Shown: positions 20,589 through 30,210, numbered from the stretch's first letter. The stretch: DNA of 64,000 nt from Burkholderiales bacterium (GCA_036498945.1 DASYEQ010000116.1:38641-102640), one strand, 5' to 3'. The notes: a model not told the origin generated them from the letters alone. Program-made: numbers and translations.

Positions 20589-21659
20589 ATGCCAACCCGC
20601 AATATCCTCATCATGGGCGCGAGCTATGGTTCACTGCTCGGCGCCAAGCTGGCGCTCGCCGGCCATAACGTCACGCTCGTCTGCCTGCCGGCCGAAGCCG
20701 ACCTGATCAACAAGGACGGCGCGCACATCCGCATGCCGATCCGCGGCAGGGAGGGGCTGGTGCAGATCGACACCAGCAAAGCCCCTGGCAAGCTCACCGC
20801 CACCGGCACCGAAGGCGTCAAGCCCGGCAGCTACGATCTGATCGGCCTGGCGATGCAGGAGCCGCAATACAGAAGCCCCGGCGTGCGCGAGCTGCTCGAT
20901 GCGGTGGCGAAATCGCGCGTGCCCTGCATGTCGATCATGAACATGCCGCCGCTGCCCTATGTCGCGCGCATTCCCGGCGTCGATGTGAACAGCCTGCGCG
21001 ACTGCTATACCGATGCCAGCGTGTGGGACAACTTCGACCCCGGCACCCTGACCCTGTGCAGCCCCGACCCGCAAGCCTTCCGTCCCCCGGAAGAGCCGGT
21101 CAACGTGCTGCAGGTGCGCCTGGCCACCAACTTCAAGTGCGCCCGCTTCGACAATCCCGACCACACCGCCATGCTGCGCGAACTGGAAAAGGACATCGAA
21201 GCCATCCGCTTTGACGTCGGCGGCGAAAAAATCGAACTCCCGGTGAAGCTGCGCGCCCACGACTCCATCTTCGTGCCGCTCGCCAAGTGGGCCATGCTGA
21301 TGGCCGGCAACTACCGCTGCATCACCGAAGGCGAGCCGCGCCCGATCAAGGACGCCGTGCACGGCAACCTCGAAGAGTCGCGCACCGTCTACAACTGGGT
21401 GGTGCAACTGTGCGTCAAGCTCGGCGCCGACGAAAAAGACCTGGTGCCCTTCGACAAATACGCCGAAGCCGCCAAGTGGCTGGGCGCGCCCTCATCCGCC
21501 GCCCGCGCGGTGGCCGCCGGCATGCCCAACATCGAGCGCGTCGACCGCCTGGTGCAATCGCTCGCCAAGCAAAAGGGCATGCGCCTCGACGCGCTGGACA
21601 ACATCGTTGCCTTAGTCGACAAAAAGCTCGAGCAAAACCGCGCCAAGGCGAAGAAGTAG
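20589..21659 (+). CDS. ketopantoate reductase (ApbA/PanE)-like NAD(P)-binding oxidoreductase
   Basis: N-terminal NILIMGASYGSLLGAKLALAGHNVTLV Rossmann motif; GGAGG RBS. Confidence 0.65.
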   Translation: MPTRNILIMGASYGSLLGAKLALAGHNVTLVCLPAEADLINKDGAHIRMPIRGREGLVQIDTSKAPGKLTATGTEGVKPGSYDLIGLAMQEPQYRSPGVRELLDAVAKSRVPCMSIMNMPPLPYVARIPGVDVNSLRDCYTDASVWDNFDPGTLTLCSPDPQAFRPPEEPVNVLQVRLATNFKCARFDNPDHTAMLRELEKDIEAIRFDVGGEKIELPVKLRAHDSIFVPLAKWAMLMAGNYRCITEGEPRPIKDAVHGNLEESRTVYNWVVQLCVKLGADEKDLVPFDKYAEAAKWLGAPSSAARAVAAGMPNIERVDRLVQSLAKQKGMRLDALDNIVALVDKKLEQNRAKAKK

Positions 21660-21669
21660 CCGCGGCGCC

Positions 21670-21685
21670 GGCCCCGATCGGGGCC
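21670..21685. repeat. 16-bp perfect palindrome GGCCCCGATCGGGGCC, immediately after a stop codon
   Basis: Read from the sequence; possible terminator stem or protein-binding site. Confidence 0.6.
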
Positions 21686-21698
21686 AGGGAAGGAATTT

Positions 21699-21743
21699 GG
21701 GGGCAGAGTCAATTTTCGTTTTTTGAAAATTGACTCTGCCCCC
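21699..21743. repeat. REP-like palindromic element B: 19-bp perfect stem GGGGGCAGAGTCAATTTTC / GAAAATTGACTCTGCCCCC, loop gtttttt
   Basis: Read from the sequence; same ends and TTTTC/GAAAA core as element A. Confidence 0.75.
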
Positions 21744-21822
21744 AATATCCGGGTTGCGGAGTGCTTCAGCGCGCGCGCCACCAAACCTCACCGCACGTCA
21801 CGCTTACCCCTAAAACGGAACT

Positions 21823-21867
21823 GGGGTCAGAGCACTTTTGCCAACAGCGCAAAAGTGATCCGCCCCC
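21823..21867. repeat. REP-like palindromic element C (imperfect stem): its left arm resembles B (GGGGTCAGAGCACTTTTGC) and its right arm resembles A (GCAAAAGTGATCCGCCCCC)
   Basis: By hand alignment, 15/19 matches to B's left arm and 16/19 to A's arm; three mismatches in its own stem. Confidence 0.6.
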
Positions 21868-21900
21868 AAATCCTGCGCCCTCCCTTATCGGAAACACCGC

Positions 21901-22893
21901 TCACTCAAACTTGATATTCGCGTCCTTGATGATCTTGCCCCACTTCACGATCTCGGTCTGGATGAAGCGCGAGAACTCTTCCGAGGTCCCGCCCAGCGGC
22001 TCGCCGCCGGTGAACACGATCTTCTCGCGCATCTCCGGTGTCTTCAGCGCCGCATTCACATCCCGGTTCAGGCGCGCCACCACGTCCTTCGGCGTCTTCG
22101 CCGGCGCGAACAGGCCATACCAGTTGGTCGCCTCGAACCCCGGCAGCCCCTGCTCCGCCACCGTCGGCACATCGGGCAACTGCACCGTGCGCTTCGGCGC
22201 CCCCACCGCGATCGCCCTAAGGCGCCCCGACTTCACATAAGTCAGCACCGTCGGCATGGTGTCGAAATTCACGTCCACCTGCCCGGCCATCAGGTCCACC
22301 ACCGCCTGCCCGCTGCCCTTGTACGGCACGTGCAGCAGGTCCGCCCCGGTCGCCGCCTTCAGCATCTCGGTCGACAGATGCTGCACGCTGCCGTTGCCGG
22401 AAGAGGCATAGCGCAACTGATGCTGTTTCGACAACGCGACGAAGCTCTTCAAATCCGTCGCCTTCACCCCCGGATACAGGGACAACACCAGCGAGACCCG
22501 GTTCACCAGCGCGATCGGCGCGAAATCCCGCCCCGGGTTGTACGCCAGCTTCGGGTACACATAGCCCGCCACCACGTTCGAATTCGGCAGCCCCATCAGC
22601 AGCGTATACCCGTCCGGCTGCGCCTTCGCCACCAGTTCCGCGGCAATCGTCCCCGAAGCCCCCGGATGATTCTCCACCACGATCTGCTGGCCCAACAGCT
22701 CCGCCAGCTTGATGCCGATGATGCGCGCCGTCACATCCGTCCCGCCGCCCGGCGGAAACCCCGCGAGGATCTTCACCGGCCGGTTCGGATACGACTCCTG
22801 CGCCTGCCCGCCCGCCGCCCACCCCAACGCCAGCACCGCCAGCGCCACCCGCATGCTCCGCCTGAGGCGCACGCCTCGTCCCGTCACCATCAT
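21901..22893 (-). CDS. Bug-family (TctC-like) tripartite tricarboxylate transporter substrate-binding protein
   Basis: Signal peptide then NRPVKILAGFPPGGGTDVTARI; start at ATG 22893 (GGAGA RBS), alternative at 22854. Confidence 0.8.
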   Translation of the reverse strand: MMVTGRGVRLRRSMRVALAVLALGWAAGGQAQESYPNRPVKILAGFPPGGGTDVTARIIGIKLAELLGQQIVVENHPGASGTIAAELVAKAQPDGYTLLMGLPNSNVVAGYVYPKLAYNPGRDFAPIALVNRVSLVLSLYPGVKATDLKSFVALSKQHQLRYASSGNGSVQHLSTEMLKAATGADLLHVPYKGSGQAVVDLMAGQVDVNFDTMPTVLTYVKSGRLRAIAVGAPKRTVQLPDVPTVAEQGLPGFEATNWYGLFAPAKTPKDVVARLNRDVNAALKTPEMREKIVFTGGEPLGGTSEEFSRFIQTEIVKWGKIIKDANIKFE

Positions 22894-23225
22894 GCCCTGT
22901 CTCCTGTCTCTATCGTTATTGCAGGTCCATGCCCGCCGCGCGCGCCTGCCTGCCCGCGCGCTGCCAGTGTAAGCCAACACGCCCGCCCCGCAAAACTTTT
23001 GCGCACCCGCCGCGCCCGCCAATTGATTTTTGCCTCCACTTGGCGCAAAGTGCAAACAGGTACCGGGTGCGCGCGGAGAGGCCGCGCCCGGCACCGCAAC
23101 GCACTGCGCAACGCAGTCCGGCAACACGCGCAAGGCGTAACCACCTAACCCGTGGCGTTGCAAACGTAGTTTCGGCGCAGCACCCCCGCCCGCGAAAATG
23201 CGCGGCAAAACAGAAGGGAGGCCCC

Positions 23226-24155
23226 ATGACGCAAAAATTCCGTCTCATCACCCGCAGTGACTTCGACGGCCTCGTCTGCGCCGTGCTCCTGGGCGAGCTC
23301 GACCTGATCGACGACATCAAGTTCGTCCACCCCAAGGACATGCAGGACGGCAACGTCGCCGTCACCTCCCGCGACATCACCACCAACCTCCCCTACGTTC
23401 CCAGCGCCCACCTCGTCTTCGACCATCACCTGAGCGAGACCATGCGCATCGCCGGCGAGCGCCCCAACCACATCATCGAAGCCGAAGCCCCCTCCGCCGC
23501 CCGCGTCGTCTACAACTACTACGGCGGCAAAAAAGTCTTCGGCGCCATCAGCGACGAAATGATGGACGCCGTCGACAAAGCCGACTCCGCCCAGTTCACC
23601 CTCGACGAAATCAACAACCCCAAAGGCTGGGTGCTCCTCAACTACGTGATGGACGCCCGCACAGGCCTGGGCCGCTTCCGCAACTTCCGCATCAGCAACT
23701 ACGCCCTGATGATGGACCTGATCGACTACTGCCGCGACCACACCATCGACCAGATTCTCGAACTCCCCGACGTCGCCGAACGCGTCCAGCTCTACAACGA
23801 ACACGCCCCCCAGGCCTTAGCCCAGATCAAGCGCTGCGCCAAACTCCACAAAAACCTCATCGTCCTCGACCTGCGCAACGAAGACACCATCCACCCCACC
23901 AACCGCTTCACCCTCTACGGCATGTACCCCGACGCCAACATCTCCATCCACTGCATGTGGGGCCCGGAAAAAGCCAAGACCGTCTTCGCCACCGGCAAGT
24001 CCATCGTCAACCGCTCATCCAAGACGAATATCGGCGAACTCATGCTCAAGTACGGCGGCGGCGGACACCAGAACGCGGGGACGTGCCAGGTGGAGAATGG
24101 GGAGGCGGAGAAGGTGCTGGGGGAATTGATCGGAAAGATCAACGCGGATGGCTGA
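23226..24155 (+). CDS. DHH/DHHA1-family phosphoesterase (NrnA-like)
   Basis: DHH motif LVFDHHLSE and DHHA1 GGGH motif YGGGGHQNAG; GGGAGG RBS. Confidence 0.8.
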   Translation: MTQKFRLITRSDFDGLVCAVLLGELDLIDDIKFVHPKDMQDGNVAVTSRDITTNLPYVPSAHLVFDHHLSETMRIAGERPNHIIEAEAPSAARVVYNYYGGKKVFGAISDEMMDAVDKADSAQFTLDEINNPKGWVLLNYVMDARTGLGRFRNFRISNYALMMDLIDYCRDHTIDQILELPDVAERVQLYNEHAPQALAQIKRCAKLHKNLIVLDLRNEDTIHPTNRFTLYGMYPDANISIHCMWGPEKAKTVFATGKSIVNRSSKTNIGELMLKYGGGGHQNAGTCQVENGEAEKVLGELIGKINADG

Positions 24156-24191
24156 CCCCGCCGGCCGCCATGTTCAACGAAAGTCCATCCC

Positions 24192-25007
24192 ATGACCTGC
24201 GCACTTTGCGGTGGTCAAGACCACCCCGCCGGCAACGGCCGCAACCCGATCCTCAACTGCCCGACCTTCGTCCGGGTGCCGCAAACGCTGAAGGACTCCA
24301 TTACCGACCTGTGGACCAGAAATCCCCAGAACGTCGAAGCTGGCGAGCCGCTTGCCGACTGGATTTACGACCACATCTACTCGCCGGGCTCTCTGCAGCA
24401 AGGCTCCGACGAATGGACCTTCCATTACGGGTCCACCTCGGTTCATCTCACCGAGGAACGCATCTATATGTCGGTGAAAAGCACCAGTCTGCTGCAAGTC
24501 TGGAACGTCCTGCTGAACCACGTGTTCCGCGTCGGCATGGGTAAGACGGACATCACCCAGGCCAAGCACTGCCTCCCGCGCCTGGCTGACCTGCGCCCCG
24601 ACTCCATCGTCATCTATGTATGGAACAGGGCCGGCGTATGGCGCACCTGCGACACCCTGCGCGACTTGCGGCACCGCGGCCTGATCTCCGATTCGGACTT
24701 CAACCAAAAAGCTCGCACCGAATATAGCGATCCGCAAATCCAGTTGCGCATGGACCGCATCGGCACGCTCGCGCCCGGCACCGGAGCCGTCCCCGATCTT
24801 CCAGGCGTTTCCACCGCGCCCCAGCCTCCCGATCCGAAGCAAAGCCACGGCTCCAGGCTCTCCCGCATTCTGGGCAGCGTCTTCGATGCGCGCAACCGGC
24901 CCGTGCGCCTGCCGACCGCGATCGACTTCATGGTGCCCTGCCTGGTGGCCATGAAAGACGGCGACATCAACATCACCGCGCCATGGAAACGGCAGGACCA
25001 ACTGTGA
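24192..25007 (+). CDS. hypothetical protein, 271 aa, lower GC than the flanking genes
   Basis: Balanced amino-acid composition and periodic GC3 on the + strand; the overlapping antisense ORF 24174..25208 looks like GC-rich junk. I recognise no family. Confidence 0.6.
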   Translation: MTCALCGGQDHPAGNGRNPILNCPTFVRVPQTLKDSITDLWTRNPQNVEAGEPLADWIYDHIYSPGSLQQGSDEWTFHYGSTSVHLTEERIYMSVKSTSLLQVWNVLLNHVFRVGMGKTDITQAKHCLPRLADLRPDSIVIYVWNRAGVWRTCDTLRDLRHRGLISDSDFNQKARTEYSDPQIQLRMDRIGTLAPGTGAVPDLPGVSTAPQPPDPKQSHGSRLSRILGSVFDARNRPVRLPTAIDFMVPCLVAMKDGDINITAPWKRQDQL

Positions 25008-25094
25008 ATTGGACCTTGAAAAGGGATCCGGCTCGATGTAATTTCCCGAGCAACGGTTTCGAAAAAATATTCGGGCAGGCCAATCCATTTTCCG

Positions 25095-25562
25095 ATGCCT
25101 TTTGTTGACCAGCCGATCACACCCGAACAGGCCGCCGCCCACGCGAATATTGACGCCCTGACGCAGCGGTATGGCTCTTTTCCTTGCTACTGGACTGCCG
25201 ATCATCAAAGGAATGCCTTCCTGCTCTCATATGAGAAGCCGGGAATTGACGGCTATGACAATCAAGGCCGCTATGCATTTTGCTGGAATCGCCATGTCTT
25301 TTATTTCGAGGCAAAATCACATCGCAAAATAGTCACTCGCACGGAGCGGCGCTTTATCTATGAAACCAGTCTCGTCGTATTGCCGCAGGCAGTGCAGGTC
25401 GAGCGCGACGCGGTACTCGATGCAATGTGCAACGCATTAAGAGGCCGCGCCCGCGTCCCGGCCACGCTGATAGATTTGAAAATATTCCTGAAGGACCCCT
25501 ATCAATTTCAGCCGACCGTCTTGTGGTCGATCGGCGGCAAACCTCCCGCCATCCAATCGTAA
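25095..25562 (+). CDS. hypothetical protein, 155 aa, atypical AT-ending codon usage (likely horizontally acquired)
   Basis: About 52% GC with many AAT/ATT/TAT/TTT/AAA codons, against about 68% GC for the host genes. Confidence 0.6.
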   Translation: MPFVDQPITPEQAAAHANIDALTQRYGSFPCYWTADHQRNAFLLSYEKPGIDGYDNQGRYAFCWNRHVFYFEAKSHRKIVTRTERRFIYETSLVVLPQAVQVERDAVLDAMCNALRGRARVPATLIDLKIFLKDPYQFQPTVLWSIGGKPPAIQS

Positions 25563-25772
25563 CGAAAAACTCGGGAGCTCAGGGTTCGATTCTTTTCTGC
25601 AAGCAGTTCGCCACGGCCCTTCATCCTGTGCACGCTCACCGGCAACCATCTCCGTTTGCCGACAAGAACAGCCTTTCCGCCAACGCTTGTAGGACAGGCC
25701 GCTGCCAAGCCGTGCTAGTCTGTCGGTTGTAACCCGTTCCGGCCACGCCATATCTCCAAGGCAGCTCCATCG

Positions 25773-27101
25773 ATGGCAGACACGCAAAACACGGGTGAAC
25801 AGCTGTTGGCGCTGGCAGCGCATCTCGCCGCCAGGCGGTCAGCCATCCTCAAGTCATGGCGCGACCGCGTCAACGCGGACCCCGAGCTGACTTCGTCCGA
25901 CGCCTTGCCGCGGGCGCAGTTCAACGACCACATTCCAGACCTGCTCGACGCCTTCGAGAAGCGCCTGCGCAGCTGGCAGCGGGGCGAGAGCGCGACGGCG
26001 GAGGTGCGGCGCAAGGAAGACTCCGCCGGCCATGGCTTGCAGCGCTGGCAGCAGGGCTACTACCTGCGCGAGGTGATGCTCGAATGGGGCCACTTGCAGA
26101 TGTGCCTGGCGGGCGAGCTTGAGCGTTATGCCGATACCCACGCCGGCCTGGCGCCTGCCGTGATGTCGGCCGCGTGGCGGGCGCTGGCGGAGTTGTGCAG
26201 CCAGGGCGTGAGCGAGAGCACCACGCAATACTTCCAGTTGCAGCAGGCCGAGGCCGAGGGCCATGTGCGCGACATGCAGGAGACGCTGGCCGAGGCCAGC
26301 GAGCTGGACCGCCGCCGCACCGAGCTGTTCCGCCAGGCGGCGCACGACCTGCGCGGCAATGTCGGCGTGGTCACCAATGTCGCCACCGGCCTGACCGCCT
26401 TTTCCCTGCCGGAGCCGAAGCGCGAGGAGTTCCTGCGCCTGCTGCACAAGAGCGTTTCCTCCTTGCAGTCGATGCTCGACGGCGCCCTCGACCTGGCGCG
26501 CCTGGAGGCCGGCCACGAACTGCGCGAGATCAAGCCCTTCGACGCGGCGGAGCTGCTGCGCGAACTGGCGGAAAACCTGCAACCCCTGGCGCGCGAGCGC
26601 GGCCTCTACCTGAAGACGGAAGGCCCGCCCTCGCTGCCGGTCGAAGGCGACGCGCTGAAGATCCGCCGCATCGCGCAAAACCTGCTGCTCAACGCCCTCA
26701 AATACACCCAGGCGGGCGGCGTCGTGCTGGCCTGGGGCGACAGCCGCGACAACGACCCCAGGCGCTGGATGCTGTGCGTGCAGGACACCGGCCCCGGCTT
26801 TCACGCCGGCCCCGGCGCGCCGCTCGCCGATGCCCTGCAAGACGCCACCAGCGAAGCGCGCGAAGTGGAGGAAAAAGCCACCCACCGGGCACAGGGCCAG
26901 GCGCCCGCCGAGCCGACGCAGCAAGCCAGCGCCAGCGCGCCCGACCTGCGGCCGGTGCACCAGGCGCATGGCGAAGGCATCGGCCTGTCGATCGTCAAGC
27001 GCCTGTGCGAACTCCTGAATGCGTCGATGGAACTCGATTCCGCGCCGCACATGGGCACCACCTTCAGGATCGTCCTGCCGCGGCATTACGCAGCGGCCTG
27101 A
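25773..27101 (+). CDS. cytoplasmic sensor histidine kinase (HisKA plus HATPase_c); orphan, with no adjacent response regulator
   Basis: H-box QAAHDLRGNVGVV; N/G boxes (NLLLNALKYT, DTGPGF, GEGIGLSIVKRL); no TM segments. Confidence 0.8.
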   Translation: MADTQNTGEQLLALAAHLAARRSAILKSWRDRVNADPELTSSDALPRAQFNDHIPDLLDAFEKRLRSWQRGESATAEVRRKEDSAGHGLQRWQQGYYLREVMLEWGHLQMCLAGELERYADTHAGLAPAVMSAAWRALAELCSQGVSESTTQYFQLQQAEAEGHVRDMQETLAEASELDRRRTELFRQAAHDLRGNVGVVTNVATGLTAFSLPEPKREEFLRLLHKSVSSLQSMLDGALDLARLEAGHELREIKPFDAAELLRELAENLQPLARERGLYLKTEGPPSLPVEGDALKIRRIAQNLLLNALKYTQAGGVVLAWGDSRDNDPRRWMLCVQDTGPGFHAGPGAPLADALQDATSEAREVEEKATHRAQGQAPAEPTQQASASAPDLRPVHQAHGEGIGLSIVKRLCELLNASMELDSAPHMGTTFRIVLPRHYAAA

Positions 27102-27143
27102 TATCCCTCATCCGGGCCGATCCAGGACCGCAAGCCTTACCTT

Positions 27144-27845
27144 TCAACCCTGCTCCAGCCGCTCCCCCAGCACCGCCGCAAAATCGACCTCCACCGGCAC
27201 ATAGAGTTTCATCGCTCCCGCCAGCTTGGTCACCGCATCCCCCACATAGCCCTCCGGCGCCGTACCCGGCGCTGCCGCCAGCCCCGCCATCACCTCGCTC
27301 ATCAGGATGGTGGCCTGGAATTTCTTGCAGCAGCCGGCGATTTCGTAGGCAGCGTTGACAACGTCGCCCTGCACGGTGAATTTCATCCGTTGCGGGGTGC
27401 CGAAGTTGCCGATGAAAACAAACCCGAGGTCGAGGCCGATCATCGGCAGCAGCATGGGCGGGCGCTCCGGCTGCACCGCATCGAGGGAGCGCTCGACGAT
27501 CCTGCGCGCGCACTGCGCCGCGGCGGCGGCACAGGCCGCATCGCCCCTGGGGGCGGGGAAGTAGACAATGGCGTCGTCGCCCAGGTAATCGGCGATGCGC
27601 CCGCCCGCGGCCTCCACCTCTTCCTGGGTGATGGAAAGAAAGCGGATTTTCTGCTCGCGCGCCTGCGCCGGGCCGAGTTCTTCGAAAACGCGGCGATTGG
27701 TGGCGGCGATCACATACATCACCGCCATGCGCTCGCGACCGTTGTTGAGTTGCAGCGCGCTTTCGCCCAGCGCCAGCACGCGCTCGAGCACGTGCTCGCC
27801 GGCATAGGCTTTCAGCGCCTCCCGCAGCAGCCTTTCCTTGAACAT
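27144..27845 (-). CDS. standalone class-III nucleotidyl cyclase homology domain protein with an altered metal site
   Basis: Aligns along its whole length with the cyclase domain of 41547..42482 (AVMYVIAATNRRVF against AVLFADIAGSTKLY; FTVQGDVVNAAYEI against FGDTVNVAARM). The first metal-binding Asp is replaced by Ala. Confidence 0.65.
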   Translation of the reverse strand: MFKERLLREALKAYAGEHVLERVLALGESALQLNNGRERMAVMYVIAATNRRVFEELGPAQAREQKIRFLSITQEEVEAAGGRIADYLGDDAIVYFPAPRGDAACAAAAAQCARRIVERSLDAVQPERPPMLLPMIGLDLGFVFIGNFGTPQRMKFTVQGDVVNAAYEIAGCCKKFQATILMSEVMAGLAAAPGTAPEGYVGDAVTKLAGAMKLYVPVEVDFAAVLGERLEQG

Positions 27846-27958
27846 CCTTCCCTCTCCCGGCTGTTTTCATTGCCTGCCGTGACGGATAATATAGCGAAGC
27901 CAAAAATCAAATAGCGGCATCGTGGTAAAAGAGACCGACTTCGTTATCCGCCTCCTCC

Positions 27959-28648
27959 ATGCGTTACCACCCTCTCGCCTTCGCCGCCGTTTTCCTCTGC
28001 GCCTCCGCCGGCGCCGCCACCTTCGACATCCCCACCCTCTCCGCCGAATACGGCGCCCGCATCGAAGTCAAGACCTGCGACGCCGACACCTGCTCCGGCC
28101 CGGCGAAAGTCACGCTCTACCGCCGCGCCGACAAGGGCGCGGCGCAGACCTTCGAGACGGAAGACATGCAGATCATGCTGGACCGCGCCAAGCCGGTGGT
28201 CAACGACAGCCGGCTGTATGAAGACCAGAGCGCGCTGATCGCGGGCGACTTCAATTTCGACGGCAGCACCGACCTGGCGATACGCAACGGCAACAACAGC
28301 GGCTACGGCGGGCCTTCGTACGACGTGTATGTCTACAACGTCACGCGCAGGAAATTCGTGCCGGCTCCTGACCTGACCGACCTGGCCTCCACCAAGCTGG
28401 GCATGTTCCAGGTGGACGCGAAGCGCAAGCGCCTGGTCACGATGGAAAAGGACGGCTGCTGCTGGCACCTGATCAGCGAATACGCGGTGGTGCCGGGCAA
28501 GGGCCTCATTACCGTGCATACGGTGGAAGAGAACGCGCGCACGGTGGAAGACCACGTGGTGGTCACCATCAGCGATCTCGCCGGCGGCAAGTGGAAGCGC
28601 TCGAAGAAGACCTACCTGATCAAGGATTACTACAAGGACGACAAGTAG
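27959..28648 (+). CDS. secreted hypothetical protein with an FG-GAP-like DFNFDGSTDLAI motif
   Basis: Signal peptide MRYHPLAFAAVFLCASAGAA; lysine-rich C-terminus. Confidence 0.6.
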   Translation: MRYHPLAFAAVFLCASAGAATFDIPTLSAEYGARIEVKTCDADTCSGPAKVTLYRRADKGAAQTFETEDMQIMLDRAKPVVNDSRLYEDQSALIAGDFNFDGSTDLAIRNGNNSGYGGPSYDVYVYNVTRRKFVPAPDLTDLASTKLGMFQVDAKRKRLVTMEKDGCCWHLISEYAVVPGKGLITVHTVEENARTVEDHVVVTISDLAGGKWKRSKKTYLIKDYYKDDK

Positions 28649-28696
28649 GCGCGGAACAAAAATGCGCCTGCGCGGTCGAGAGCGTATCCACAGGAT

Positions 28697-29164
28697 ATGT
28701 TCATGACCAGAGAATCCATTGTTTCCTTCCTGCTTGCCGTGTGTGTGGTGGGCGGGTCCGTTTATGTCTTCGCGCGCCTGGGCGGCATCGGCAGCGTGCA
28801 CAAGGCGATTGCCGCGCCGTTGCCGGACACTTCCCAAAAGGCGACACCGCCGGCCGCGCAGGCGCCGGGCGCGGCGAAGTTGCAGCCGCTGGTAGCCGGG
28901 CCCTGCAAGGGAGCGGAGTGCGCCTCACAAACAGCGCAGGCAAGCGCCGCGCTGGCGCAGGGCGAGCAGATCACCCAGGCGGAGGTGCCGGAAGACGAAG
29001 ACGCGGCGCAGCCGGTCGCCGGCAAGCCGCGCTGCCATGTGCTGTCGCACCAGATCGCGCAGGTCGATGGCGCCCTCTCCTACCCCCTGTCGCAGGCCCT
29101 GCAGGCCTATTACCACAAGCACAAGCAGGAGCTGAAGGACGAAGAGGCCAAGCTGGGCTGCTGA
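28697..29164 (+). CDS. membrane-anchored hypothetical protein
   Basis: N-terminal TM segment (IVSFLLAVCVVGGSVYVF), then Ala/Gln-rich region and a charged helix. Confidence 0.5.
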   Translation: MFMTRESIVSFLLAVCVVGGSVYVFARLGGIGSVHKAIAAPLPDTSQKATPPAAQAPGAAKLQPLVAGPCKGAECASQTAQASAALAQGEQITQAEVPEDEDAAQPVAGKPRCHVLSHQIAQVDGALSYPLSQALQAYYHKHKQELKDEEAKLGC

Positions 29165-29328
29165 GGCGCCGCATCGGCGGCGCTTGCGGCGGCGCAGCCG
29201 CCCGGCAATAGCGCGGGCTTCGAGAGTCACGGCGCCGGCAGCGGCGCCCCGCCACCTGCGTGCGGGCGGCGGGGCGGCGAAGAAAAAGGCCAATCGCTAC
29301 ACGATCCGGTGATTCGTGGCGCCCCGCT

Positions 29329-29799
29329 TCAGCGCGCCTCTTTTACCGCGCGATACCACTCCCGCGCCTGCTCCGTCAGCAGCAGGTAGGCCACGTAGCA
29401 GTGAAGCAGCGTCCCGACCAGCGCGAACGCCACGCGCACGCCGCCGAACATGCGGAACACGACGAAGGTGTACAGAAGCCCGATCAGGCTGAATACGGTG
29501 AAGATGAAATAAAGAATGCGCGCCCAGTTGCGCCCGCTGCCGATGGCCAGGTAAATCCAGATCGAGACGGCATACCCCACCGCGGCGAGCGCCAGGGTCA
29601 GCGCCAGCGGGCTGGCTTTTTGCACCGCCATGGGAAACACGAGGTTGTAGAGGGTGGAGAGCACGCCGATGCCGAAGCCGATCCAGAGGATCTTCACCGC
29701 CCGGTCGACCACCGGCGGGCGCGCGGGGGCGGGGCCGCCCGCATGGTCTTCGACGGCGGCCCGCGGCGGCGCGTAAGGGGAATTCTGAATCTCGCTCAC
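29329..29799 (-). CDS. SPYAPP-motif 4-TM membrane protein, paralog 1
   Basis: MSEIQNSPYAPPRAAV N-terminus; GRNWAR after TM2; REWYRAVKE C-terminus; four predicted TM segments. Confidence 0.65.
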   Translation of the reverse strand: MSEIQNSPYAPPRAAVEDHAGGPAPARPPVVDRAVKILWIGFGIGVLSTLYNLVFPMAVQKASPLALTLALAAVGYAVSIWIYLAIGSGRNWARILYFIFTVFSLIGLLYTFVVFRMFGGVRVAFALVGTLLHCYVAYLLLTEQAREWYRAVKEAR

Positions 29800-30018
29800 T
29801 ATGTTTTCCTTTGTTTTGCTGTTGTGGTTTGCGTGACTTTAATCACGAAAGCGCGCTTACGCAACGCAACATGCGTACGCAAGTCTCCAATTTGCAACAG
29901 GGGTGTAAACCGCGTTACACCCCGTTACCCTTTATGGCGCCACGCCGGTGCGCCGCCGATGTCCAATGGACGTTAAGCGAATATGCAGGCGATTACGCAG
30001 GCGCACATGGAGGCGATG

Positions 30019-30210
30019 ATGAAAACAGCGTTGAAGATTCTGGCCTTGGCGGCAGCGGCAATGGCTCTCTCGGGTTGCGTGGCTTATCCGGCGGCGCCCC
30101 CCGGTTATTACTCGGGCGGCGGCTATTACTACGGCGGGCCGGCGTACTACGGTCCCTCGGTAGGCATCTACGCGGGGCCGGGCTACTACCACCGCCATCG
30201 CCACTGGTAA
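30019..30210 (+). CDS. small Gly/Tyr/His-rich lipoprotein (63 aa)
   Basis: MKTALKILALAAAAMALSGC lipobox, then GCVAYPAAPPGYYSGGGYYYGGPAYYGP...HRHRHW; GGAGG RBS; possible start at 30016. Confidence 0.55.
   Translation: MKTALKILALAAAAMALSGCVAYPAAPPGYYSGGGYYYGGPAYYGPSVGIYAGPGYYHRHRHW

Noticed and set aside
24174-25208. 344-aa antisense ORF across the two-gene cassette
   Set aside because: It has Gly/Val/Ala/Arg-rich composition typical of an antisense frame; the + strand ORFs have balanced composition and codon periodicity.
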